Source: Vicugna vicugna (Eukaryota). From it: a DNA stretch of 64,000 nucleotides. The stretch is taken from positions 558,001-622,000 of the forward strand of contig MU058836.1 of the NCBI GenBank assembly GCA_013265495.1. Direction: 5' to 3'. The notes under the pieces were generated by a model. That model saw only the letters and a program-made list of their open reading frames with translations, searched no databases and was not told the origin of the DNA. A program made the position numbers and the translations under genes. Below are positions 1-12,780 of the stretch, piece by piece; position 1 is the first letter of the stretch; every line of letters begins with the position of its first letter.

Positions 1-229
1 ACTTGAGAACAATTAGCTGGAAGTGGTCAGAGAGCATCTGGTGAACATTGCTTCCCGAGCGTCTCATCTGGTACTGCTGCAGCCTTTCCTGGCCTGAAGG
101 AGTCACTGCGTTCCTTCACAAACGTATCCTGCCCAGAAGAAGGCAGAAGACCCTTCTCCAGGAAGCTCTTAGACATCCCGAATCCACTCTTTCTCTGCCT
201 GTTCATAATTGTTGCTTTCTGTCCTGGGT

Positions 230-550
230 CCTTTTCATGGTCACTTTATGCTGTCTTCCTGGACTATCTCATGTAATCCTGACTTTAATTATCATATATA
301 ATCTGATGACTCCAAAATTTAAGTTATCAACAAAGACTTCATTCCTCAACCTTAGAACGACAGATCCAACTGCCTACAGACATTTTCACTTAGATGTTCC
401 ACTAGCATATTCCTTGAGCATGTCTAAAAGTTACCTGTCTCCTACCACCAGATCTCTTCATCCCATGCCTTGGGGTGTGTGTGTGTGTGTGTGTGTATGT
501 GTGTGTGTTGTTTTATCTTGGTGAATTGCACTAACATCCACCCATTTTTT
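230..550 (+). mobile_element. L2 LINE fragment (interrupted by a TG microsatellite)
   Basis: L2-like 'ctgatgactccaaaatt...atccaactgcctacagacattttcacttagatgttcc...agcatgtctaaaa' and 'tgaattgcactaacatccaccca'; boundaries approximate. Confidence 0.65.
475..508. repeat. (TG)n microsatellite
   Basis: direct reading; one TA interruption. Confidence 0.95.
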
Positions 551-1429
551 CTTCTCTCTGTCAATGAGACATGGCAGGGAGAGCAACATAAATCAGAGCT
601 GCAAGATTCTTAGTGCCTTTGGAATTAGCATATCTGAAATGCAGGGATACATAAGAATGCATTAAGGATTAATGGCACAATCTCCGATTCCTATGCCCTT
701 TATATTGGGTTCCCCATTTTAGGAGTGCATCAGAAATCAGGCAGGATGGAGATGGGGCTAGGCTACCATTCCAAGAAGAGGCACACTAGGGAAACATAAA
801 CCAGATCAATATGCCATACTCCAAACTCAGGATTTTCAGAGCTGTTTCCTAGCGAGTCAGTGATTTTTAGTCCTTAATTTAGCTAATGGATTTTAACCAC
901 TATCTATGGCTAATGAGAAGAGAGAGAGAAAAAAATTATTTTTATGGCCTGTGGGATTTTATCAATTTGATTCCCTATTACTTTTCAGTGTTGGATGAAA
1001 GGGAAAAAAAGGGAGACCATGAATACCTGGAAGGGCTAATTTATTTGGATGATGCACTTGTTTCTGGTAAGATCTTGGAATGTACTACTGGAGGTGGCGG
1101 ACTTTCAAAGAAAAGCAGACCTAATTTTGCTCTGTGATAATTCTTAGTTCTGTTTGAGCTCAGTGTCACAAGAAATATATTAGCCAACTGACCCTATCCC
1201 TCTAATTACAGAAATTCAAAGAGGTTCCTAGAGTTCAACAGCAACGGAGGAGATTTTGAGACACCATTCTAGAATTATAAAATCATAAATGAGCTTGCTT
1301 AGAGCTATCAGGTCAAGAACCCAGAAGCAACGATGTCCAGAGCCCTGGGCCCTGCATCATTAGAACAGAGGACTATCACCAGACCTTCATGTCCCTGATG
1401 GATCTTCTGAGCTTCATGGATACAGGGAT

Positions 1430-2025
1430 TTTTTGCGGGAGGATGACGATGTTTTGGAACTAGACAGAGGTGCTGGTTGTACAACACTGGGAATGTACTA
1501 AGTGTCACTGAATTGCTTACTTTAGATTATAGCCTAAATTGGTTAATAGTATGTTATATACCATTATTATTATATATAATATTATATAATATTATATATT
1601 ATATTATTTATCAAATATAATTATTATGAAGTATAATATGTAATATTCAAGTTAAACAAAACTGTATATAATATAAAATATATAGTATAATATATACTGT
1701 GTTATATATATACTATAGTATAATATGTAACATAATATACAATAATTATTATATATTATATATAAATATATATTTATTTTAATATATTTTATATATGTTA
1801 TATATTTTTATATATTTTATATATTTATAAATATATATGTTATGTATTTACATTTTATAAATATATATACTTAATATGTTTATATATTTAATATATTATA
1901 TATTTATATATTATATATTTATATGTATTTTATATAGTATATAGTAGTATGCTATAGTATATTATATAATAGTATGTTATAGTATAAATGGTTAATTATA
2001 TGTTGTATGAGTCTCATCTCAATTA
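1430..2025 (+). mobile_element. L1MB-type 3' end, split by an AT-rich expansion
   Basis: 'gatgttttggaactagacagaggtgctggttgtacaacactgggaatgtactaagtgtcactgaattg' resumes as 'aaatggttaattatatgttgtatgagtctcatctcaatt' after ~1985. Confidence 0.75.
1545..1985. repeat. AT-rich (TA)n-derived low-complexity tract
   Basis: ~440 bp almost entirely A/T with degenerate TATA/TATTA units. Confidence 0.95.
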
Positions 2026-2039
2026 CATTTTTACAAAAT

Positions 2040-2600
2040 CCTATCCATTGATAATAGTTGAACTCTCCTCCAACAACTTCCTATTTCTTCTGCAATAAAT
2101 TCCAAATTCCTCACCATCTGCTAAAAGACTACAAAACTGGACCTGCCTACTTCTCTCACTTCTCTTTTTACCCTCACTCTTACTTACTGTATACTAGTCA
2201 CACAGCCTTTTGGTTTCTTAAATGCTCCAAGTTTGTTTTCACCTCAGGGCCTTAGCACTTGCTTTTCCCTCTTCTCAGGATGTCCTTCCCTGTGCTTTGT
2301 GCAGGACCATCACTTTCTTATCAAACAGGTCTCAGATCAAAGCCACTTCCTCAGAGAAGCCTTCCCTGATGAGCATATCTCAACTAATCTCTCCTCAGGC
2401 ACTGTTATACCACTTGGGTTTGTTTCCTTTAGAGGACGTATACCATATGAAATTATTTTTAACTCATTTTTTCACCTGTTTAATATCTATCTCTCTCCAC
2501 TAGAAAGTAAATGTCATGAGAAGAGAAATTTGTAGATTTTGTTTATTACTCCGTACCCACTGCCTGGCCCATGAAGGCATCAAAGATTATTTGCTGCATC
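2040..2600 (+). mobile_element. L2 3' end (L2a-like)
   Basis: 'tcagggccttagcacttgcttttccctc...caggtctcagatcaaagccacttcctcagagaagccttccctga...ccactagaaagtaaatgtcatgag'. Confidence 0.8.
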
Positions 2601-2768
2601 ATGGGTAGGAGGGAAGGAAGGGGAGAGGGAGGGAGGGAGGAAGGAATGATGGAATGAAGGAAGGGAGACTGTTAAGTCATATCTAGGTTGGGATGGCCCA
2701 GAATTCTGTGATCAATTAGCAATGCCTGCGATGAGTGTAGAACAGCACAGAAATGTCACAAAGGAAGA

Positions 2769-2990
2769 GGTATGCTAGTAAAGGTTTAATAACTAGCTCT
2801 GGGAATTGGGGCTGGGGGTGAGAGATGGTGTCCTGATTTGTAGCATTCACCAGTTTACGTGGTGTAAATCACCACGGCTGATTTCAAGCAATCAATAAGT
2901 TGTGAACTGGCTCACAAAATTCCTGAAAATGTAATATGTATAATAATTAGCTCTCATGAGCTGGTGCAAACCAATTCCAGCGCAGCACTG
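2769..2990. mobile_element. MER63-like hAT-Blackjack non-autonomous DNA transposon
   Basis: termini 'ggtatgctagtaaaggtttaataactagctct' and 'ttccagcgcagcactg' resemble MER63 ends. Confidence 0.7.
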
Positions 2991-3479
2991 GAATAAATGA
3001 TGTGTATTTGCTGTTAATGAGATAGTCCTAGACTTGCCTTTGACAGAGAGAAAAACTGAAATCCAGAGAAGAAAAAAAAAACTGGATAAAGATTACACAG
3101 CAAATTTGCAGCAGAGGCCAGTTCCTTGTTTAAAGGCTGTCTTTCTCTGTAAAGACCTTCTGATGCTGTCAAAGGGGCAGCACCACGAGGCACAGCACAA
3201 GTTTCTGCCTTGAGAGGCTATAGAGCAAAGGCTGCTGGCAAGGACCCAAGAGGTGACAGACTCCTTGCTTGCCGGAAATTGGGCTAGCCAGAGGGATTTT
3301 CAACAGTTGCATTTTGCTTGGGGAATGTGCTGCTGTAAACTGTCGGCTTCTTTCCCCCTGAACTCAAGTTGCTTCTTCAAGGCCATGTGGATCTGAACAA
3401 AAGTGCTTAGGAGCTGACTGGCTAGAAATCCAACTTCTACATCTCAAGGGGCAAAATTTAGGGACATCCTTTAAAAAAA

Positions 3480-3670
3480 TTTCTTTTAATTGAAATGGTC
3501 TTGATTTACAATGTTAGTTTCAGGTGTATGGCAAAGTGATTCAGTTATACATATACATACATACATATTTTTTTCTTTTCAGTTTCTTTTCCATTATATG
3601 TTATAAGAAATTGAATATAGTTCCCTGTGCTATACAGTAGGTCCTTGTTTTTTATCTATTTTATATATTG
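3480..3670 (-). mobile_element. 5'-truncated L1 3' end (cetartiodactyl/camelid type)
   Basis: 'ttgaaatggtcttgatttacaatgttagtttcaggtgtatggcaaagtgattcag...gaatatagttccctgtgctatacagtaggtcc'. Confidence 0.85.
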
Positions 3671-4069
3671 TCATGTGTGTAGGGACATTCTTAAAATTCG
3701 GTTTTTGTTATTCAAAACAGAATTTAATTCAGAATTCAGAAGAACACCTAGGGAAAACACATATACACACATACATACACATACACGGAAAGAAAGAAAA
3801 AACAAAATTCACTCCTGCAAGTGCACTTCTTACCAAGCTATGCCTGCTTTTCCTCTAACACTGAACGTGCTGGGTTCGTTTCCAGGGATATTCCTGCAGT
3901 AAGCGGATGGCTCTGTGAGAGCAGGAAGCTTTTCTTACTCATCTTTGTCCTTTTCCCCAGTTTGAGCTCTCAAAACCCCCCAGACATCTCACATTGAGTC
4001 TGGCTGACTGATCTGTTGAAATGAGAAACACAGAACCCTGCAACCAAGTAGAAGGGAACAAGATATGGA

Positions 4070-4210
4070 AAAGCTGGGTTCCAGCCCCACTCTGTCACTG
4101 ACTGCTAGGGACATAAACAAACCATTTCCTCTCTTAGAGCCTCAGTGTTCTCATCTGTAAAATGAGACAGTTGGACTACAAACTCACCAAAGTCTCTCTG
4201 GTCATAAAAA
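4070..4210 (+). mobile_element. MIR SINE
   Basis: core 'ctcttagagcctcagtgttctcatctgtaaaatgag'. Confidence 0.8.
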
Positions 4211-4479
4211 TCTCTGAGAACAGGACAGTTTTCAGACTGCTTGGTTACATTCCTTGGGAAGCATGTTCTCATTCTACCAAAACTTGTGTCTTACAGAGAT
4301 GGTTATTAAATTTTTAATCAATATTATTTTTGTTTTGTTTTTGAGACTTGAGGTCACTGACAATTTTTTCTTGATTTTTTTTTAAAGCAAAAATGAGTGA
4401 GCTATTTCAGACTGCAGTCCTGTTTACATCTGTGAAACTTGAGTTAATAACCACCATGTAATTGAAAGCACGTGGTCTC

Positions 4480-4670
4480 TGAAGCCAGGTAGAATTGTAC
4501 TTTCAATCCTGTCCCTCTCCATACTAGCTGTGTAACACTGAGCAGATGACTTCCCGTCTCTGAGCTTTGCACCCCTTGCTTATAAAGAGAGACCATGTAC
4601 CTTTCTGTGGGGTTGTTGTGACGACTGATGAGGAAAGATGGGTGAAGTGCCCAGTGCTTACTAGACAGCC
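4480..4670 (+). mobile_element. MIR SINE
   Basis: 'ttcaatcctgtccctctccatactagctgtgtaacactgagcagatgacttcccgtctctgagc'. Confidence 0.7.
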
Positions 4671-5777
4671 CACAAATAATCATTTCTTTGCCGCTTTCCT
4701 TTTTTTCTCCACAGCCAATGTAAGAATCTAAATAAGCAAAAGAGATAATATCCCTGAAATATTTTTGAGTAATTACAACTAACATTTGGGTGGGATTTGC
4801 TTAAAATCAAAGGTGACAGAAATCCCCCTCTTTCCCCCGCATATGGCTTCCTATAATTATAACCCATGTTGTCTTGGCTGCTGAAATGGATGTATCCATT
4901 AGCAACTTGATTAGTACTTTTCACACCCAGCAAGGCTTCTCTGTAAAATGGAAAGGGTCATAGATTTAGAAGAAGGAGGAGGAACATGAGGAGCGAAAGG
5001 AGGAGAAGGAGAAAGTCAGAGACTCGATTGTGCATGGCTGCACCTGCCCTTTGAATGATGTGCAGGAAAACAGGCAGTGTAGGAAAGGTCTCTGCCAGTG
5101 TCATTAACTTGAGCGGAATCTGGTCATTTGTGCAATTTACTTTAAGATCAGCAGTTAGAGACTCCATGTAGAACCAGAGTCTTTTTTCCTTTTTAAGGTT
5201 CTGTTGCACGCAATTTTTATATTGTTACACAATTCACTATTATGAATTACAGAAAAAATAAGAACAGAGAGAAGCAGAAACACAAATCAAACATTAGACA
5301 TGCTTATAATGTTTGGTTTGCTTAACATATCATATTAGCATGTAATTTTTACTATGCATATATGTGGCATTATATTCACATCTGTGGGATTAAACATACT
5401 TATCAACTCGCCTATCCTTCCTTAATTATGAACGATTTTCCCATACCAGTTTGATATCAACACTGTCATCTACTTTTTTCTTCATATTATGTTGTGCAGA
5501 TGTAGAAATAATCATTTAACCAACCCCTATTACTGGCCATTTTGGTGTTTTCAGTACTGTGCAAACGCACAGAATCACTTTGAAATTAGTCTGATCCTGA
5601 AAAAACAGACCTTAAGCAAGTGGAAGGAACAGATTACAGTCGCAGTGAGCTTTGGAACTCCATTCTTCCAAGCTTATGGTAGTCTTTCGAATTGCAGTAT
5701 AAGAGAGAGAAGGACTAAGGAAATTTTTGCAGCTGCCAAAAATTCTGCAAGGATTTTCTTTTTCTTTAATGCCATGG

Positions 5778-6106
5778 ATCAAGGGTTGGCCAAAACCGGC
5801 CCTCCACCTGTTTTTGTATGGCCTAAGAGCTAAGAATGGTTTTACATTTTTAAATGATCGAAGAAAATCGGAAGAAGATACATCATGACACATGTAAATT
5901 ATATGAAATTCAGAGTTCACTGTCTATAAATAAAATTTTTTTCACCTCACATAGTTACCAAAGTTTTACTGGAGCGCAGCCATGCTCGTTCATTTACGCA
6001 TTGCCTATGGCTGTTTCTGGGCTATGACGGTCGAGTTGAGTTGTTGCGACAAATATCCTACAGCCCATGGTGCCTAAAATATGGCCTTTTATATAATTGC
6101 CAATCT
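5778..6106. mobile_element. MER58B-like hAT-Charlie element
   Basis: 'caagggttggccaaa...ccacctgtttttgtatggcctaagagctaagaatggttttacattttt...agccatgctcgttcatttacgcattgcctatggctg...gagttgagttgttgcgaca'. Confidence 0.8.
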
Positions 6107-7094
6107 GCATCAGGGGCTATTTTCGACTCAAAAGTAGAATTTATCGTGTTCATAATTGTATCTACCTAGTCACTAAAATTTGGGGCTTTATAATAATTTC
6201 TATGCTTGGAGAAATCTTGGGCTTGTAGACTTGCTCTGTCACTAATGAACTTCTATGACTCATTTTTCTCCTCCAAGCCTCAGTTTCCCAGTCTATAAAA
6301 TAGGCAAGTTGAACTAGACCACTAAGGCACTTCATTTATTTATTCACTTGACAAGTATGTCCTTAGTGTCTATAAGATACCAGGCTCCAGACAAACTCTG
6401 GAATGTACTGATGATGTTTGACATGAGACAATCTTATGGGATTGTCACTGAAATGTCAATTCCTATTGACAAAGAAAGGGAATGTAAGGAAACCGATCAG
6501 TGAGAAACTCAGGAGGGCCCCCAGCAGTAAAGGCAAGCAAATGACTTCCCCCTTGAAATTAAATCTAGAATCCCAAGGGATTCCAAATTCAGTAACTTCT
6601 CCGGCAGGAGACTTTAGAGAGTAAAAGGTGTATCTTGTGCCAGTACCTTCTCCTCTCTTAACCTGCAACCACTCCAATCTGCCAGAAGAGACTTTCCAGA
6701 AGATACAATCTTAAGATGTCACAGCACAAAGGGACGGCTTCATTTGATGGAGAGAAACTACTGCACAACTCTTCATAAAAGTTTCAGATCTTTGTGACTC
6801 TCTGACTGAATAATCACTAACTGTACTCCTGCTGTTCTGCACATTTGTGGCTTCAAGTGTATGGTGTCTGGGGCTTCAAAGACTAAAGTTTCTAAGACAT
6901 TTTTCTTTAGCTCACCAAAACCAAATGCAGCTCCTCAGTGGACACCAGCTCAGGTTGACTTTCTCTCTTAGCCCACCAGACTGACCTTTCATAGACTTCT
7001 CAGGCATTGTAAACCAAAGTGCCTTTGAGGCTATGAATGTATCTTTATGATTTTTAATATAATAATAATAACATCAACAATAATAATAATACAA

Positions 7095-7330
7095 TATCTA
7101 ATATTTATTGAACATCTATGTTCTAAACTCTGCATTAAATGTTATATGAATATTTGCCTTCAATCCTCATAATAACCCCAAAGGTAAATATTATTAGTCC
7201 ATTTTCAAACAAAGAAACCAAAGCTCAAAGAACCTAAGTAATTTGTTTAAAGTCACTAAAGTAACTTAAGATACATCAGAACCAGAACCCAAATCTGTCT
7301 GACTCTGAAGTCCTTGTTCTGAATACTACA
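7095..7330 (-). mobile_element. MIR SINE
   Basis: 'aatcctcataataaccccaaaggtaaatattattagtccattttcaaacaaagaaaccaaagctc...agaacccaaatctgtctgactc'. Confidence 0.75.
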
Positions 7331-7811
7331 TTGTATTACAGTTTTAGTACGCCTTTTCCTTTGAATGTATACCCTCCCAATTTCTTCGAATTGCATCCAC
7401 TTTCCACAATTTGCTTCAATTTAATTCAACTAATATTTAAATATCTGCTCTAGGTTCCAATAAACAGCCTCCTCTAATTACTATGAACAATGTTCTGCTA
7501 AGCCTTTTTATGTTCCTGTCTTGATTAAAACAGCTGGTTTGCAGGAGTCACACAAAAGATCTCATCTTAATTCTGATCTTGTGTCCCACATCCACCAGGC
7601 TGTGCTCCCTAACATCAGGGGCCCTCTTAGCTTATCTCCATCTGCAAAGCTTATACACTGCAGGTGAACTCAACAAGAAAAATCATGGTAACATCCTTGA
7701 GACCCTCCTAATGGCTCCTGGACCTCCCACAGCCCATGCTGAGCATTCAGCCTTAGGCCACCATGTTTTATGACATGACCCTCCCTCTTTTATTTATATA
7801 CTTATTTTGAC

Positions 7812-7950
7812 TTCAACAGATATTTATTCCTCACAGTTTGGAAGACTGGGAAGTCCAAGATCAAGGTGCCGGCCAATTTAGTTCCTGGTGAGAACCCTTT
7901 TCCTGGCTTTCAGACAGCAGTCTTCCCACTGTAAGTTAACATGCAGGCAG
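7812..7950 (-). mobile_element. MaLR (MLT1A/B-like) LTR fragment
   Basis: 'caacagatatttattcctcacagtttggaagactgggaagtccaagatcaaggtgccggcc'. Confidence 0.8.
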
Positions 7951-9694
7951 AAATATCCTCATGTCTCTCTGATCCTCTCTTTCTTAGCACTTGATGCAAG
8001 AAAAGCCAATCCGTGCCAACAGTTTATGAGTTCATCTAGTTGCCAAAATAGGGACAAACATTGCTAATCAGAGCCTGACAAATTCAAACCAGGAGATGCA
8101 TAAACACCCAACTGGCAACAAAAGCCAAACCTAGAGAGTTCCAAAGAAGGTAAAGTATGAGGTGCCATGAATATGACAAAAGTATGAGTAGAAAAAAATA
8201 AATGAGGTGGAGAGAGCCATGCAGAGCAGCAGGGTTACAGAGCCGGCAGGCAAAAGCCATTGCCCTTTGTGTACCTGGGCCAGGTAGACAATGACAGCAA
8301 TGATCCTAGCAGCCTTGAATTCTCAATGAGCTTTCAGACAGTTTTCATGGTGGAAACAGTTCGTTCTTTCCCATGAGTCTTTCTTGTCATATGTATGTTT
8401 TCACTGAATTTACATTTCTGGAAGTAGCTTAAGTGAGTTGCGATACTTTGGAATCCCAGGGGCCTAAGAAACACAGGAAACATAAAAAAGGATTGGCTGA
8501 CTGGCTGTCTGAAAGACTGAGCGATGGCCCTCCAGTAGTTCTCTGTAGTTCCTTGCATTGGTCTTTGTAGGAACATGGATTTGCTTTTTTCCCCCTAGCT
8601 GAATGCGTAACTGGCATTAGAACCCTTGGGCATCAGGCAACCTAAAAAGCTTGTGTGTTAGCTGTGGGCCTTCCAGCACGAACCATCTGCAGTTCTGTAA
8701 CAAGATCACCAAGGGCCCTGCATGCCAGGCTAAGGAGCTCAGATTCCATCCTGTCACCATAGCAGGTGCCAAGAAGGAAATAAGATTTGCTGGAAAAGTG
8801 GAGTCATGATACCGGCACCCTCTTTGTTTTCCGTGTCAAACTCCGGCCCTTATTACTGTCATTCCTGATATGACAGGAAGGCAGAGCTGATACCACTTCA
8901 GTAGAACATCAGTCTGAAAATAAGGATGAACCTCTGTCAGCTGCAGTTGTCCTCAGGGGGTTGATGTCCTTTGCAGCTGGACATTGTTTCATTTCCCTGG
9001 TTGTGTGCCTCTTCTTATTAAAGGCTAGCGAATAACTGCTCCAAGGTTTTACAATATCATCCATCCCTGGCTGCTTGTGCTGGAAACATGTGAAATAGGA
9101 GGTGAAGCAGCTTTGTGAGGGCTGCTAGGGCTCTGTAAAGTGAGGGTTTGTCACCAGAGAACCCTAAGAACAGTTCCACTCTAAGAATAGGCTACCTCAT
9201 ATGATCCTTTCAGAGTCTCCTGCAGGGATAGCTAATCGAGTTTATCTGATATATTGACACAACCAGAAACAATTTGCCATCCCTCCCTGAAATGCTGCGT
9301 AGAGAAATGTTAACTTTTGACCACGCTCAGTGGAGAGAGTACTATTTTCAATTAATAATGTCTGACAAGTACGCAGGAGGGGAAAGAGGCAGCAGGAGTG
9401 CCACGAGCTAGAATCAAGCATGGGTTCCTCCCAGTGAATAATCGGTTCTTGCCTCTGTGATCACACAAACCCGGGTAACCTAAAGATAAAATGTTTGAGT
9501 CTTTCAAGGACAGTTTGTTGCTTCCCTCAGTTTTCCAAGAATGGGGAGAAGTGAGAGAAAGGGACTATTGTTCCTGTATTTAGTTAACCTACAGTAATGC
9601 CTTGACCTTGTAAGAAATAATTGAATCTTCCCATCTACAATGACAAGATTTTCCATTTACTGGTCATGTGACACTCAAAAATATGTCTTAATGA

Positions 9695-12600
9695 GTATCT
9701 CACTTTCAACAACGGATGAATCAACCATACAGAAAATCATAAGGAGTTGTTGGATTTGAACTATATTTTAGGCCAGATAGATCTAGCAGACATATATAAA
9801 ACATTCCATCCAACAGCAGCAGAATAAACTTATAAGCCTTTGCACAGCAAAGGAAACCTTAAGTAAAACAAATGACAACCTATGGAATGGGAGAAAATAT
9901 TCATAAATGATATGACTGGCAAAGGTTTGATTTCCAGAATATATAAACAGTTTATACAATTCAGTAACAAAAAAAAAAAAACAGCCCAGTCTGAAAATGG
10001 GCAGAAGATCTAAACAAGCAATTCTCCAATGAAGACATACAAATGGCCAATAGGCACGTGAAAAAATTATCAATATCGCTAATTATCAGAGAAATGCAAA
10101 TCAAAACTACGAGGTATCATCTCACACCAGTCAGAATGGCCATCATTCAGAAGTCTACAAATGATAAATGTTGAAAATGTTGGATGTGGAGAAAAGGGAA
10201 TCCTCCTACACTGTTGGTGGGAATGCAGTTTGGTACAGCCATTATGGAAAACAGTATGGAGATTCCTCAAAAAACTAAAAATAGAGTTACCATACGATGC
10301 AGCAATCCCACTTTTGGGCATATATCTGAAGGGAACTCTAATTTGAAAAGATACATGCCCCCCAGTGTTCATAGCAGCTCTATATACAATAGCCAAGACT
10401 TGGAAACAATCTAAATGTCCATCAACAGAAGACTGGATAAAGAAGTTGTGGTATATTTACACAGTGGAATACTACTCAGCCATAAAAAAGAATAAAATAA
10501 TGCCATTTGCAGCAACATGGATGGACCTAAAGAATGTCATTCTAAGTGAAGTAAGCCAGAAAGAGAAAGAAAAACACCATATGATATCACTTATATGTGG
10601 AATCTAAAAAAAAAAAAGCCAAACAAACTTACTTACAAAACAGAAACAGACTCACCAACATAGAAAACAAACTTATGGTAACCAGAGTGGGAAGGGGGTG
10701 GGAAGAGATAAATTGGGAGTTTGAGATTTGCAGATACTAACTAATACATGAAAAATAGGTAAACAAGTTTATACTTTATAGCCCAGGGAACTATATTCAA
10801 TATCTTGTAGTAACTTATGGTGAAAGAGAATATGAAAATGAATATATGTATGTTCCTATATGACTGAAGTATTGTGCTGTACACCAGGAATTGACACAAC
10901 ATAGTAAACTGACTATACTTCAATAAAATACATATTTTAAAAAAAGAAAAAAGAGGAGTCTCAAATAAGTAAAGTCAGAAATGAAACAGACATTACAACT
11001 GGTACCACAGAAATACAAAGGATCACAAGAGGCTGCTATGAATAATTACACGCTCATGAATTGGATAACCAAGAGGAAATGGATAAATACCTAAGGCGTA
11101 CAACATACCAAGACTGAATCATGAAGAAATAGAAAATCTGAACAGACCTAGAATGAGTAAGGAGATTAAATCAGCAATCAAAAATCTCCCCCCAAAGAAA
11201 AGCTCAGGACCAGATGCTTCCTTGGTGAATTCTATCAAACATTTAAAGAATTAATGCCAGTTCTTCTCAAAGTCTCTCAAAAAATTGAAGAAGGAACGCT
11301 CCCTCATAAACACTTTACAAGGCCAGCATTACCCTAATACCACAGCCAGAGAAGGACACTACAAGAAAAGAAAACCGTAGACCAATATCCCTGATAAATA
11401 AGATGAAAAAAATTCTCAATTAAATATTAGCAAAACAAATTTAACAACACATTAAAATGATCATACACCATGATCAAGTCGGATTTACTCCTGGGATGCA
11501 AGAATAGTTCAACATGCAAATTAATAAATATGACATATTACATTAGTAGAACGAAGGATAAAAATCACATGACCATCTCAATAAATACAGATAAAGCATC
11601 TGATAAAATAAAACAACCTTCATATAAAAAGTCTCAACAAATTTGATATAGAAGGAACATACCTCAGCATAAAAGAAGGCTATCTCGGCCAGCCCACAGC
11701 TAACATCATACTCAATGGTGAAAGGTTTAAAGATTTTCCTCTAAGATCAGGGACCAAGACAAGAATCTCACCACTGCTATTTGACATATTACTGGAAGTC
11801 CTAGCCAGGGCAGTCGGGCAGGAAAGAGAAGCAAAAGGCATCCACACAGGAAAGGAAGAAGTTGTCTTTGCATATAATATGATCTTATATATAGAAAACC
11901 CTAAAGACTCCACCAAAAAAATGATTAGAATTAATCAACAAATTCAGTAAAGTTGCAAGATACAAAATCAGCATACAGAAACGGTCATGTTTCTATACAC
12001 TAACAACAAAATATCTGAAAAAAAGAAATAAAGAAAGCAATCTCATTCACAATAACATCAAGAACAATAAAATACTTATAAATAAATTGTACCAAAGAGG
12101 TGAAAATTTGAACACTAAAAACTATAAGACTTTGACGAAATAAATTGAAGAAGACACAAATAAATGGAAAGAAAGCCTGAGTTCATGAATCAGAAGAATC
12201 ATCATTGTTAAGATCTTCATACTCCCCAAAGCCATCTATAAATTCTATGCAATGCCTATCAAAACTCAGGGCACTTTTTTTTTTTACAGAAATAGAAAAA
12301 ACAATCCTAAAATGTGTTGGGACAAAAGATGCTGAATAGTTAAAGCAATCCTGATAAAGAAGAACAAAGCCAGAAGCATCACACATTCTGATTTGAAACT
12401 ATACTGCAAAGTTCTAAGATTCAAAACTGTATGGTGCTGGCATAAAAATAGACAGATCGACCAATAGAACAGATTCAAGAGTCCAGAAATAAGCCTTCAC
12501 GTATACATACAATCAAGTAGTATTTGCCAAGGGAGCCAAGAATATTCAATGGGGAAAAAATAGTCTTCTTCAATAAATGGTACTGGGAAAAGAGGATAAT

Positions 12601-12780
12601 CACATGCAGAAGAATGAAATTGGAACTTACGTTACACCACTCACCCACTCACAGAAATTAACCTGAAATGGATTAATGACTTAAATGTAAGACCCAAAAC
12701 TGTAAAATTGTATATAGGGAAAAAACTCCTTGACATTTGGCAAGGATTTTTTTGGATATGATACCAAGAGCAAAAATAAA
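9695..12780 (+). mobile_element. Old L1 (L1M-type) ORF2 remnant, interrupted by a younger L1 at 9827-10952
   Basis: endonuclease-region sequence 'gacatatataaaacattccatccaacagcagcagaata'; RT motifs HDQVGFTPGMQ (~11466) and decayed FADDMILYIENPKDST (~11867); many stops and frameshifts. Confidence 0.92.
9827..10952 (+). mobile_element. Young camelid-type L1, 5'-truncated (ORF2 C-terminus + 3'UTR + A-tail)
   Basis: ORF track '[38 protein letters not shown]' and '[27 protein letters not shown]'; 3'UTR ends 'actgactatacttcaataaaa' + A-rich tail. Confidence 0.95.

Noticed and set aside
48..524. 158-aa ORF
   Set aside because: Non-ATG start; runs through L2 sequence and a TG microsatellite (CVCVCV); no protein similarity recognised
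8334..8640. Minus-strand ORFs after a plausible acceptor (MFLQRPMQGTTENYWRAIAQ...)
   Set aside because: No recognisable homology, stops immediately upstream in frame, no clear donor; cannot support as coding
10161..10607. ORFs with clear protein-like sequence
   Set aside because: They are the L1 ORF2 C-terminus of a truncated retrotransposon, not a host gene
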